A DNA stretch of 64,000 nucleotides, taken from the NCBI GenBank assembly GCA_026393835.1, contig JAPKZK010000111.1, forward strand, positions 32,115-96,114. Direction: 5' to 3'. The DNA is from Candidatus Aminicenantes bacterium. GTDB lineage: Bacteria; Acidobacteriota; Aminicenantia; UBA2199. The position numbers were made by a program, and so were the translations under genes. Of the stretch, positions 52,479 through 62,030 are shown one piece after another (the first letter of the stretch is position 1; each line of letters opens with the position of its first letter). Under the pieces are notes generated by a model, which did not search any database, was not told where the DNA came from, and saw only the letters and a program-made list of their open reading frames with translations.

Positions 52479-53405
52479 TTGGAAATGAAAAAGACAATCG
52501 ATAAAATCGTCGCGGAAATGAACCGGATCATCCTGGGAAAAGAACTTGAGATCCGCCTGGTGTTTACCTGCTTGTTAGCCAAAGGACACTTATTAATAGA
52601 AGATATCCCGGGCGTGGGAAAAACCACCCTGGCCCAGGCGTTGGCCAATGTCCTGGGGTTGAGTTACAGTCGCGTCCAATGCACCAGCGACCTGCTGCCG
52701 GCCGACATCGTGGGGACGTCGATTTTCGACGCCGGGGCGCAGGAGTTCCGCTTCCATGCCGGGCCGTTGTTCGATCAGATGGTGCTGGTGGATGAACTGA
52801 ACCGCGCCACGCCCCGCACCCAGAGCGCGCTGCTGGAAGCCATGGAAGAACGCCAGGTATCGGTGGACGGCGTCTCCCACCCTTTGCCCGACCCCTTCTT
52901 TGTCATCGCTACCCAGAACCAACGCTTCCATGTGGGCACTTTTCCACTGCCGGAATCCCAACTGGACCGCTTCCTGATGCGAATTAAACTGGGCTACCCC
53001 GATTATAAATCGGAACGGTTACTGCTGACGGGAGAAAACCGGCACGATATGGTGAAACGGCTTACGCCCGTGATTACAACGGAAACCCTGAAAGGGCTGC
53101 AGGAACAGGTTCCCAAAATGCATGTGTCGGATGCGATCCTGGACTATATCCAGGATATCATTGCCGGGAGCCGCGGCAACCCGCATCAGTACCTGGGATT
53201 GTCGCCCAGGGCGGGGATTTCCCTGGTGAAGGCCGCGCAGGCCTGGACCCTATCCGAAGGCAGGGAAATGGTGCTGCCCGAGGATGTGCAGGCCGTGGCG
53301 GGGTGCGTCCTGGAACACCGGCTGGAACCGGAAAGCAGTAATGTCAAAAGCAGCGGCTACCAGGCGGTGGAACAATTGCTTCGAACGATTCCCTTAAACC
53401 AATGA
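52479..53405 (+). CDS. MoxR-family AAA+ ATPase
   Basis: 308 aa. Walker A IPGVGKTT, Walker B VLVDELNRATPRTQSALLEAMEE. Confidence 0.9.
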   Translation: MEMKKTIDKIVAEMNRIILGKELEIRLVFTCLLAKGHLLIEDIPGVGKTTLAQALANVLGLSYSRVQCTSDLLPADIVGTSIFDAGAQEFRFHAGPLFDQMVLVDELNRATPRTQSALLEAMEERQVSVDGVSHPLPDPFFVIATQNQRFHVGTFPLPESQLDRFLMRIKLGYPDYKSERLLLTGENRHDMVKRLTPVITTETLKGLQEQVPKMHVSDAILDYIQDIIAGSRGNPHQYLGLSPRAGISLVKAAQAWTLSEGREMVLPEDVQAVAGCVLEHRLEPESSNVKSSGYQAVEQLLRTIPLNQ

Positions 53406-54322
53406 AAATATACAAAATCCGTACCCGGCCGACCCGTTCCGGGTATTTGTTGATACTGGTTCTGTGGGCCATGTTGATCGCCTCTATCAATTACAGCAAC
53501 AACATGGCCTATATTCTCACCTTCCTCCTCTTCAGCCTGATGTTGGTGGGCATGGTATATGCCCGGAACAACCTGAAGGGGCTAACCATTGCCAATGTCA
53601 TGCCGCGCCCGGTGTTTGCCGGTGAGCGGCTGTGGATCGACTTCGAATTGCACAATCAATCCAAAGGCCGGCGGTACGGCATCTGGCTGGCCTACCCGGG
53701 GCTTACCAACCCCGAAGAGCTTTCCGGCCCTTTTTCCACGGAAGCTTGTTCCAATACCACGGTGGAACTATCCTTTATTACCGCCAAACGCGGGCGTTTT
53801 ATACTGCCCACCATCGAACTGGTGACGGTTTACCCATTGGGGTTATTCGTGGTGAAAGGCAAGATCGAGGTAGAAAAGGCCTACCTGGTCTACCCCCGGC
53901 CGGAGGGAACCCGGCCCTGGCCGGAACCGGAAGTCCTGGAGGAGGAACAATACGGCGGCGAGATACATCATATGAAGGGAGGCGACGATTTCACCGGGGT
54001 CCGGCCTTACCGGGCCGGGGAGTCCATGCACCATATCGACTGGAAAGCCGCGGCCCGCGGACGGCCGCTCAGCATCAAAGAGTTTACCGGGGGCGGGTCC
54101 GCCTGTCTCTATTTCAGTTGGGTACACCTGGAAGGAATGGGCGTTGAAGGACGCCTATCCCAATTGTGTAAATGGGTCCTGGAGGCGGACGAACAGGGAA
54201 CCGAATTCGGACTGAAACTGCCTGGCGACGCTATTAAACCGGGGGCGGGGTCTACCCATACGCTAAAAAGCCTGGAAGCCCTGGCCCTTTTTCAATTCCA
54301 ACGTGGGACGGCGACTCAATGA
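53402..54322 (+). CDS. DUF58-domain protein
   Basis: 306 aa, overlapping moxR by 4 nt. DDFTGVRPYRAGESMHHIDWKAAAR. Confidence 0.85.
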   Translation: MKIYKIRTRPTRSGYLLILVLWAMLIASINYSNNMAYILTFLLFSLMLVGMVYARNNLKGLTIANVMPRPVFAGERLWIDFELHNQSKGRRYGIWLAYPGLTNPEELSGPFSTEACSNTTVELSFITAKRGRFILPTIELVTVYPLGLFVVKGKIEVEKAYLVYPRPEGTRPWPEPEVLEEEQYGGEIHHMKGGDDFTGVRPYRAGESMHHIDWKAAARGRPLSIKEFTGGGSACLYFSWVHLEGMGVEGRLSQLCKWVLEADEQGTEFGLKLPGDAIKPGAGSTHTLKSLEALALFQFQRGTATQ

Positions 54323-56370
54323 AACCGGTAAAGCTAAAGATAAGCAAAAATACACCGGTAGTTCCACCGCTTATTCTTTCCAGGGGCGCACTGGGTTGGT
54401 TGATTTTCGCCCTCTTGCTGGCCATCAGTTGGCATATTCCCCATACGCCTATCTGGGCGGTGGCGGCGGCGCCGTTGATGGTGGCATGGCGTTACCGGTT
54501 GTTTGTACGCAAACAGCCGCTGCCCCCGCAGGCGGTGCGAATCGCTTTAACCCTGGCAGCTTTCGGCGGGGTTATCGCCAGTTACCGCTCCTACCTGGGG
54601 CGAGACCCAGGCATTACCGCCGTGATCCTGCTCTCTACCATGAAACTGTTCGAATTAAAATCCCAGAGAGATTTCATGTTTGTGATTTTCTTAGCTTATT
54701 TCCTGGTATTCGGTAATTTTTTATATGACCAGACCATCCAGGCCCTGGCGTTCATGATCGCGGCGGTGATATTGATCACGGCCGCGGTGCTGCGGTTGAA
54801 CCACGGCGAAAAAGAACCGGTAAAAGTATCGTTCCTGGTAAAATCAGGGTTCCGTTTTTTTCTCTATGCCATCCCCTTTATGGTGGTATTGTTTGCATTT
54901 TTCCCCCGCAGCTCCGTTCCACTCTGGAACCTACCGCACGATTCAAGCAAGCATGGCCAGGTAGGTTTCAACGATTCCGTTTTCCCGGGCCAGGTTGCGG
55001 AACTGGCAACCTCCAATCAAACCGCATTCCGGGTGGTGTTCCCGGACGATAACATGCCTGCCCCAAGGGATTTATATTTCCGGGGATTGGTACTGTGGTT
55101 TACCAATGGGAAAGGGTGGTCCCAGGGAATTTTGTCTTTCCTACCCGATCGACGCCGGACTGTCGTGGACGATATTCTCATCCGGCAAGAGATTACGCTG
55201 GAGCCGCATTATGAACGTTGGCTCTTTGCCCTGGATTTACCGGTGATTAATCCCAGGGGCAGCCGGCGTTTACCGGGGCGGGTTATCCAGGGCTATTGGC
55301 CCATTTCCGAAGTCGTAACGTACGAGGTGGCCTCTACGCCGCAGCCGAAATACCCGGAACCGCGTAACGAAGTACCCCGGTGGTGGGCGCTGCAGTTGCC
55401 CGGGGATTGGAACTCGCCGATGCGGGAGTTGGCCCGGTCATGGCGCAGCGCCGCGACATCCGACGCCGAAGTGGTTCAAGCCGCCTTGAATTATTTTAGT
55501 AGCTCCGGTTTCGAATACACCCTTTCGCCGGGTACGTTGGACCCGCAGACGCCGCTGGAGGATTTTCTATTTAACAAGCGGAAGGGGTTCTGCGAACATT
55601 ATGCGGCGGCCTTTACCTTGTTGATGAGGGCGGCGGATATTCCCGCCCGCATGGTAGTCGGTTTCCAGGGGGGCGAGGTCAACACCGTTGGGGGGTACCT
55701 GGTGGTGCGTCAATCGGATGCCCATGCCTGGTCGGAAGTGTGGCTGGAGGGCAAAGGGTGGCAGCGGGTAGACCCCACGGCCGCCGCGTCCCCGGAAAGG
55801 ATCGAATTCGGCGCGGAAATGAGCCGCACCCTTTCCGCCATGGGGCGACTCGGGGAGGAAGACCGTTCCGAAGCGATCCGGCTCGCCATGAGGAAAGGTT
55901 TTTTTGCAAAAATTAGCCGTTTCTTCAACGACCATTGGGACAATATCAATATTAAATGGGAAGTCTGGATCATGAGTTATGACCGTTTCCGCCAGAGAGC
56001 TTTTTTAAGGGGCGTCGGTCTTGCCGATGTGGGCCGGTGGAGTTACATCGTGGTATTAATCGTTATTATCCCGGCGCTTTTTTTCCTGGTCTCTTTGTTG
56101 TTGAAACGGCAGACTACCGCCGCTGATCCTTTGATTAAACTGTACCGGCAGTTTTACGCTAAAACCGCTAAAAAGGGAATTCGGCCGGGCGCCTGGGAAG
56201 GGCCCCAGGTTTTCCAACTCCGGGCCGTGGATGCGTTTCCGCATAAAGCAAAGGAGATTCGCGAGATAACCGATCTATACATCGATCTGCGCTACGGCCG
56301 GCCGCCATTGACCAAACAGTCGTTGAAACAATTCAAACGCCTGGTAAGAAAGTTCAGGATAAAAAATTAA
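54319..56370 (+). CDS. Transglutaminase-like membrane protein (TgpA-like: multi-TM N-terminus + transglutaminase core)
   Basis: 683 aa. Cys-His-Asp core GFCEHYAAAF ... DAHAWSEVW ... VDPT. Confidence 0.85.
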   Translation: MKPVKLKISKNTPVVPPLILSRGALGWLIFALLLAISWHIPHTPIWAVAAAPLMVAWRYRLFVRKQPLPPQAVRIALTLAAFGGVIASYRSYLGRDPGITAVILLSTMKLFELKSQRDFMFVIFLAYFLVFGNFLYDQTIQALAFMIAAVILITAAVLRLNHGEKEPVKVSFLVKSGFRFFLYAIPFMVVLFAFFPRSSVPLWNLPHDSSKHGQVGFNDSVFPGQVAELATSNQTAFRVVFPDDNMPAPRDLYFRGLVLWFTNGKGWSQGILSFLPDRRRTVVDDILIRQEITLEPHYERWLFALDLPVINPRGSRRLPGRVIQGYWPISEVVTYEVASTPQPKYPEPRNEVPRWWALQLPGDWNSPMRELARSWRSAATSDAEVVQAALNYFSSSGFEYTLSPGTLDPQTPLEDFLFNKRKGFCEHYAAAFTLLMRAADIPARMVVGFQGGEVNTVGGYLVVRQSDAHAWSEVWLEGKGWQRVDPTAAASPERIEFGAEMSRTLSAMGRLGEEDRSEAIRLAMRKGFFAKISRFFNDHWDNINIKWEVWIMSYDRFRQRAFLRGVGLADVGRWSYIVVLIVIIPALFFLVSLLLKRQTTAADPLIKLYRQFYAKTAKKGIRPGAWEGPQVFQLRAVDAFPHKAKEIREITDLYIDLRYGRPPLTKQSLKQFKRLVRKFRIKN

Positions 56371-56416
56371 CCGGGAACGATTTAGAAACCCCCCCCGAAT
56401 TTCACCGCTTCTAAAT

Positions 56417-57067
56417 TCAAAAATGTCTTCTCTGCTCCCTTAAATATGCGAAAAAGTCGTCCAATCCCAGGCCGGTTTTAACGGAAGTCTCAAATATTTT
56501 TACTCTGGAATTATGCGCCCGGCAATCCTCTTTCACCCTCTCGATATCATAATCCATTAAGCCCAAAAGATCGACCTTGTTGATAAGAACCACGGCCGCC
56601 CTTAAAAAAAGCGCGGGGTATTTGCGGACCTTTTCATCTCCCTCCGGGATACTCAAAACCGCTATTTTTAAATGCTCCCCCAGGTCGAACGCGGAAGGAC
56701 ACACCAGGTTGCCCACATTCTCGATAAAAAGGTAATCGATGGCTGCCGTATCCATTTGCGCGACCTTTTCTTTGATCATCCGGGCCGTCAGGTGACATCC
56801 TCCCCCGGTTTCGATGGCATAGGCGTTGTTATGGCCGGCATGGATAATCCGGTCGGAATCCAACGCTGTTTTTACATCTCCCACGATAACGGCAAACTTT
56901 TCATTAAAATGGTTGACCGTGTATTCCAGGATCGACGTCTTTCCACAGCCGGGAGAACCGATGATGTTTACTGCATAAATTCCACGGTCATAAAATAACT
57001 TGCGGTTTTCTGCTGCAATAAGATCATTGTGCTCCCGGGCGGAAATCTCAACTTTCTTTTTTACCAT
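56417..57067 (-). CDS. hypB: Hydrogenase nickel-incorporation GTPase HypB
   Basis: 216 aa. GSPGCGKTS, ENVGNLVCP, NKVDL. Confidence 0.9.
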   Translation of the reverse strand: MVKKKVEISAREHNDLIAAENRKLFYDRGIYAVNIIGSPGCGKTSILEYTVNHFNEKFAVIVGDVKTALDSDRIIHAGHNNAYAIETGGGCHLTARMIKEKVAQMDTAAIDYLFIENVGNLVCPSAFDLGEHLKIAVLSIPEGDEKVRKYPALFLRAAVVLINKVDLLGLMDYDIERVKEDCRAHNSRVKIFETSVKTGLGLDDFFAYLREQRRHF

Positions 57068-57094
57068 TCCCGACGCTCAATTCAGTATTGGTGG

Positions 57095-57478
57095 TTACTT
57101 TAACAAACCGCGGATGGCCACGATCAAATCATCCGGATCAATAGGCTTCTCCATGAATTTTTCCACCGGTAAATAGTCGCCGTCCGTCTCTACATCGAAT
57201 TTGAATTTGGTTCTCTGGTTAACGGCGGTAGCCAATATAATGGGGATGTGTTTGAACTTATCGTTTGCCTTGACTTCCTGGGCAAAATTAAATCCATCCG
57301 TATCTTTTTCCATCATGACATCCAACAGGATCAGGTCGATTTTCATCTTATCCAATATCTCCCCTGCAACCTGGATGTTGGTTGCCGTCTCCACTTCATA
57401 ATTATTATGTTCCAACACGATCCGCCGCGATTCCAATACGTCGATATCATCATCAACTACCAAAATTTTATAACTCAT
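57095..57478 (-). CDS. Stand-alone response-regulator receiver protein (CheY-like)
   Basis: 127 aa. ILVVDDD ... LILLDVMM ... ILATA; no output domain. Confidence 0.85.
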   Translation of the reverse strand: MSYKILVVDDDIDVLESRRIVLEHNNYEVETATNIQVAGEILDKMKIDLILLDVMMEKDTDGFNFAQEVKANDKFKHIPIILATAVNQRTKFKFDVETDGDYLPVEKFMEKPIDPDDLIVAIRGLLK

Positions 57479-58200
57479 TTTTGTTCCTCCTTCACTATTA
57501 TAAGTGGTAATGTTATATAAATTATCGTCCCAACACCGACGGTGCTGGTTAACTTTATTTCACCATCGTGGTCTTCGATGATTTGTTTTACCAGGGAAAG
57601 GCCCAACCCCAGGCTGCCGTTGATATTTCGCCTGGCGTTTCTGCCTCTTTCGAAAATCTTGAATACTTTTTCCTGCTCATCCTGGGGTATTCCGATTCCT
57701 GTGTCGGCCACCGCGATGGTAATAGCATTGTCTTTTATATTTTCGGAATAATCGATGGTAATTTCACCGTCCGCTTTATTATATTTGATGGCATTCATAA
57801 TTAAGTTGTTGAATACGCGCAGCAGGAAGGTATAGTTACCGTTGATATTCCTTTCGCCGTTTAAATCTTTGCGAAAGCTTAGGAATACACCCCTCTCACG
57901 GGCATAGGCTTTCATCATGCCGACAGACTCATTAACCACCTCGAAGATATTCACTATTTCCCGTTTCATCATCGCTTTGTCTTCCAGCAGGGTGTAATCC
58001 ATGATATCATCCAGCATGAGGACAAGAGTCTCGGCTTTTTGACCGGCCCTGGCTACCAATTCCTTGATTTTATCCATATCCTCTACGTAACCTTTGCTGA
58101 TAACGTCCAGGAGATCAATTATGGTGGATAATGGGGCTTTAATATCATGGGCCATGCTGGCCAACATTTTCCGCTCTTCCGAGATATGAACTTCATGCAT
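57475..58200 (-). CDS. Minimal cytoplasmic histidine kinase (DHp + CA only)
   Basis: 241 aa. H-box MAHDIKAPLS, G-box DTGIGIP ... GSLGLGLSLV. No TM or sensor domain. Overlaps the receiver gene by 4 nt. Confidence 0.85.
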   Translation of the reverse strand: MHEVHISEERKMLASMAHDIKAPLSTIIDLLDVISKGYVEDMDKIKELVARAGQKAETLVLMLDDIMDYTLLEDKAMMKREIVNIFEVVNESVGMMKAYARERGVFLSFRKDLNGERNINGNYTFLLRVFNNLIMNAIKYNKADGEITIDYSENIKDNAITIAVADTGIGIPQDEQEKVFKIFERGRNARRNINGSLGLGLSLVKQIIEDHDGEIKLTSTVGVGTIIYITLPLIIVKEEQK

Positions 58201-58206
58201 GGCTGT

Positions 58207-58548
58207 TTATTCCTCCGATAACTCTACGGATTCGATAACGACATCCATTCCTGAAATGATTTTCCGATTGAAAGAATGACAAAGGGAACAATTTTCGAAG
58301 ATCTCTTTCAATGAGTAATCATTTCCGCATTCGCAACGGGCAATGGTGGGGACTTCGGTAATATTGATCTTAACATCCGGGAGGTTTTTATCCGCCAGGA
58401 TAGTTTTCAGCCCGAAATCCAGGGAATCCGCCACGACGCCTGAAAATAACCCGACTTCGATATCGATGCCTAAAAGTTTGCTGAGATCGGGGGCTACGCT
58501 GGTACTGACGGTTTCGATAATGTCGGTAGCCAGGGCGAATTCATGCAT
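58207..58548 (-). CDS. hypA: Hydrogenase nickel-insertion protein HypA
   Basis: 113 aa. MHEFALA start; CECGN ... CSLCHS zinc motif. Confidence 0.88.
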   Translation of the reverse strand: MHEFALATDIIETVSTSVAPDLSKLLGIDIEVGLFSGVVADSLDFGLKTILADKNLPDVKINITEVPTIARCECGNDYSLKEIFENCSLCHSFNRKIISGMDVVIESVELSEE

Positions 58549-58549
58549 C

Positions 58550-59035
58550 TTAATTACCGCGCCTAATCTCGTTATATACGTCCTGCACCAAATTTGGCAG
58601 GTTACGTTGAACCACGGGACTTAAGGTTTCCGATAGGGACATGTCCGCGGCCTGGATGCAGTAGATGGCAATTTCCATATTTCCTGTTTTACCCATCTGT
58701 TTTGCTATTTCAAGGAACCGGATCAAATCGAATTCATGCAGGGAATAATTTTTCGTTTGCTTCAGGCTAACGGCATCTTCCGGCAGGAACCGCCGGTAAT
58801 CGCCGGCATCGATCCCGCAGTTACCGGCGTCGATGAAGATGATCTTTTTTCTTTCATCTAATTGATGGAGAAGGTTCATCCCCGGGGTCCCGGCTTCCAC
58901 CAGGTCGAATTGGAGGGGATCGAGGGGCTCTTGCTCTAATTTTCTCCTGAGGAGATCGACGGCATAAAGCCCCGCCCCTTCGTCTGAAAGAAGCCGGTTA
59001 CCCAGGCCGATAACTGCTGTTTTATTTCTTTTCAT
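58550..59035 (-). CDS. Hydrogenase maturation endopeptidase (HyaD/FrhD family)
   Basis: 161 aa. VIGLGNRLLSDEGAG ... IIFIDA; located downstream of the large subunit. Confidence 0.85.
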   Translation of the reverse strand: MKRNKTAVIGLGNRLLSDEGAGLYAVDLLRRKLEQEPLDPLQFDLVEAGTPGMNLLHQLDERKKIIFIDAGNCGIDAGDYRRFLPEDAVSLKQTKNYSLHEFDLIRFLEIAKQMGKTGNMEIAIYCIQAADMSLSETLSPVVQRNLPNLVQDVYNEIRRGN

Positions 59036-59091
59036 GTACCCTATTATACACTATTTTCTTTTTCCTGGCGACATCCGACGGCCAGCAGTCC

Positions 59092-60396
59092 CTATTTTTT
59101 AAGTTTCACATCGAGATAGTGGGTCGAACAGGATACACACGGGTCATAAGCCCTTACCAGCATTTCCAGGTGGAACTGGAGTTCTTTTTCACCGAGGTGC
59201 ATAAATTCCGGGACCATTTTCTCGAAATCCAATTGGATATTGTTGTGGTTCAGGTTCGTGGGGATGACGCAGTTGGCTTTCTGACAGATGCCTTTGCCGT
59301 CATATTCATACTCGTGGAACAACACGCCCCTGGGTACTTCAACGGCGCCGGCGCCTTTGCCTGCTTTGGGTTTGATTTCCGAGTTTTCCAGTAACAGGTC
59401 GTGGTTCAACAGCCAGTCGATATGGGCGATGGCCCGTTCGACGGCGAATACGCTCTCGGCCACCTGGGCGATGTTGTTCATGAAAGGGTTGTAATTGACG
59501 CCGTTCAGACCCAACATGTTCGCCACGGATGTGGCCAACGGGCTTAATTGTTTGTAGTTGTTGTTGTACCTGGCAAGGGCGCCCACCATAAAGGACGCGC
59601 GGTTGAATTTTCCATATTTGGCGGTGGATTGGGGTACGATGAATTCATTGACGACGCCCTTGTATTCGCTCACCGGGATGGGTTTCTTGATATCGTTGGT
59701 GATACACTGTCCGTCGTAAATGGCATACTCTTTATCATACGTCAGGGATAGATATTCGGTCTCCCTGGTGAAATTGGGGATATTACCGGCCAGGGATTTT
59801 ACGACATCCGCCAGTTTTTTGAGGTCATCCACGGATTCGATTAAGCGGGCTTTAAATTCCGCCAATTGTTTTTTATCGGGGAGCATGGAGAATCTTCCGA
59901 CCCTGGCCCGGATGGGATGGGTGGTCCTGCCGCCGATGGCGTCGCTCAATTCATTGGCCAGCCGGTGCAATTTGGTGACCAACAACACCACGTCGGTGTG
60001 GGTTTCGATCAGGGGAAGTACGCTGTTTACCCTCAATAGGTCCGGGACCACCAGGTAACAAACATGCAGGATATGGCTCTGGAGGGATTCGGCGTGCATC
60101 AGCAATTCCCGTAACACCCGGGTGGTTTGGGAAATTTCAATGCCCATGGCGGCTTCCGTGGCTTTCAAGGAGGCCAGGGTATGGCCGATGGAACAAATGC
60201 CGCAAATTCTCGAGGTAATGGTGGCGACTTCGGAAAAATGTCTACCTTTCACCATGGCTTCGAAGAACCTGGGGGCTTCCGGGACCTGCCATTGAACTTT
60301 TTCGATTTTTCCTTCGCTGGCATTCACCACGATATCGCCGTGACCTTCGATTCTCGTTACGTGGTGTACATGGATATTTATATTCTTATTACTCAC
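59092..60396 (-). CDS. hydA: [NiFe]-hydrogenase large (alpha) subunit, group 3b-like
   Basis: 434 aa. RIEGHG, RICGICSIGH and C-terminal DPCVSCSTH Ni-Fe ligand motifs. Confidence 0.9.
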   Translation of the reverse strand: MSNKNINIHVHHVTRIEGHGDIVVNASEGKIEKVQWQVPEAPRFFEAMVKGRHFSEVATITSRICGICSIGHTLASLKATEAAMGIEISQTTRVLRELLMHAESLQSHILHVCYLVVPDLLRVNSVLPLIETHTDVVLLVTKLHRLANELSDAIGGRTTHPIRARVGRFSMLPDKKQLAEFKARLIESVDDLKKLADVVKSLAGNIPNFTRETEYLSLTYDKEYAIYDGQCITNDIKKPIPVSEYKGVVNEFIVPQSTAKYGKFNRASFMVGALARYNNNYKQLSPLATSVANMLGLNGVNYNPFMNNIAQVAESVFAVERAIAHIDWLLNHDLLLENSEIKPKAGKGAGAVEVPRGVLFHEYEYDGKGICQKANCVIPTNLNHNNIQLDFEKMVPEFMHLGEKELQFHLEMLVRAYDPCVSCSTHYLDVKLKK

Positions 60397-61145
60397 TTTT
60401 TTACCTCCGGATTGACTCCAAAAATATTGATTTTTCTTTTAATTTCTTCGACTGTGTAATTATATTTTTGAAGAATTTCGTGCATGGCGTTTTTGTTGGG
60501 GTTGTCCACGGTGCCGCGGCAGGCCTCGCAAGCCGCGCCGTTGGAGGGGCAAATAGCGCCGCAGCCGGCCCTGGCCAGGGGACCTAAGCAGGTGATACCG
60601 GAATCGAACAGGCACTCATTTTCATTGAGTTTGCACTGGACGCAGACGGGGTAATTGGGTAACCTGGGAACTTTGCCCAGCAGCAATTCTTTTACGATGG
60701 TCAGGAACTCATCGCGATTGATGGGACAGCCGGGGATATAAAGGTCTACTTTGACGACTTCATCGATGGCCCGGGTGGGGTAGGTATCCAGGTGGGGCAT
60801 ATTATAATGCTGGCCGTACACTTCTTTTTTCACATCATCCAGGTTGTTCCAATTGTTTTTCAATCTATTTATTCCACCCGTAACGGCGCACTGCCCGTAG
60901 GACACCAGTAGTTTCGACCTGTTCCTGATATCTTTCAGCCTTTCTTCGTCGGATTTCCTGGTAATGGAGCCTTCGATAAAGGCGATATCGTATTCCGGGG
61001 CGGCGCCCGTGAGGACTTCCCTGAATTCGACGACATCCACCAGCGCGGCAAGCCCGACTACATTTTCCTCGAGATTTGCTATCTGGAGCTGACAACCTTC
61101 ACAGCAGGCGAAATCAAAAAAAGCAACTTTCGGTTTTGAGCTCAT
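60393..61145 (-). CDS. hydD: [NiFe]-hydrogenase small (delta) subunit, group 3b-like
   Basis: 250 aa. FDFACCEGC ... GxCA ... several Fe-S Cys clusters. Overlaps the alpha gene by 4 nt. Confidence 0.85.
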   Translation of the reverse strand: MSSKPKVAFFDFACCEGCQLQIANLEENVVGLAALVDVVEFREVLTGAAPEYDIAFIEGSITRKSDEERLKDIRNRSKLLVSYGQCAVTGGINRLKNNWNNLDDVKKEVYGQHYNMPHLDTYPTRAIDEVVKVDLYIPGCPINRDEFLTIVKELLLGKVPRLPNYPVCVQCKLNENECLFDSGITCLGPLARAGCGAICPSNGAACEACRGTVDNPNKNAMHEILQKYNYTVEEIKRKINIFGVNPEVKK

Positions 61146-62017
61146 TAGATTGCCTCCTTTAAATGTTTGATATCATCATAATAAAAAACCGGTCCATCCT
61201 GGCAGACATATTTATTGTCCATCTGGCAGTGACCGCATTTTCCCACGCCGCATTTCATCCTTCGTTCCAACGACACGATTATGTGGTCATCCGGGAACTC
61301 CAGGTCGCGCAGTCCCATGATCACGAATTTGTACATGACCGGGGGGCCGACGATAATGGCGTATGTTTCTTTGGGGTCTAATTTTTCCACTTTCGGGAGC
61401 AGGGTGGTAATAACGCCTACATTTCCGTCCCAGGGAAAATTCTCTTTCCGGTCCACGGTTTCATGGAAATTAACGTCATCTCTTTTTTTCCAATTTTCGA
61501 TCTCATCGGTAAAGAGTCGTTGGCCGGGGTCTTTGCAGCCGAAAAGGATAAAGAATTCTTTATAATCTTTCCGGTGTTCCATGGCGTAAAGAATGGCTGA
61601 ACGGGCCGGGACAAGGCCGATACCGCCGGCCACAAAGAGCAGGTTTTTTCCTTTCAGGTTATTCATGGGGAACGAGGTCCCGAAAGGTCCCCTGATGCCC
61701 ACGCTCTCGCCGGGTTCCAGCGCATGAATGGCATTGGTTACGCCGCCCACGTTCCGGATCACCATTTCAAAGGTATTATCTTTGGAAGGTGCGGAAGAAA
61801 TCGAGATGGGGGCTTCGCCGATGCCGGGAATGGATATTTCGGCAAATTGCCCGGGCAGGTGACCGAGGGAACGGTCTTTCAATTGAAATTCAAAAAAGCT
61901 GTCAAATGGGGTCATCTTTTTTTTCTGGGTTAATTTGGCAACCTCCGGCAAATATATCGAGTTTTTTTGAACATCATCTTTTTGATTAGTTTCTGTGCAT
62001 CCGCAGTTTTCACACAT
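61145..62017 (-). CDS. hydG: Hydrogenase gamma subunit (FAD/NAD(P)-binding, 2Fe-2S; AsrB-like)
   Basis: 290 aa. FAGGIGLVPARS nucleotide-binding region; C-terminal CGVGKCGHCQ. Confidence 0.85.
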   Translation of the reverse strand: MCENCGCTETNQKDDVQKNSIYLPEVAKLTQKKKMTPFDSFFEFQLKDRSLGHLPGQFAEISIPGIGEAPISISSAPSKDNTFEMVIRNVGGVTNAIHALEPGESVGIRGPFGTSFPMNNLKGKNLLFVAGGIGLVPARSAILYAMEHRKDYKEFFILFGCKDPGQRLFTDEIENWKKRDDVNFHETVDRKENFPWDGNVGVITTLLPKVEKLDPKETYAIIVGPPVMYKFVIMGLRDLEFPDDHIIVSLERRMKCGVGKCGHCQMDNKYVCQDGPVFYYDDIKHLKEAI

Positions 62018-62030
62018 GTTTGCCTCCTGG

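Noticed and set aside
56395-56406. Third copy of direct repeat R
   Set aside because: Only 12 nt (ccgaatttcacc) match and the flanks are unrelated. This is too short to call, so it is only mentioned in the R finding.
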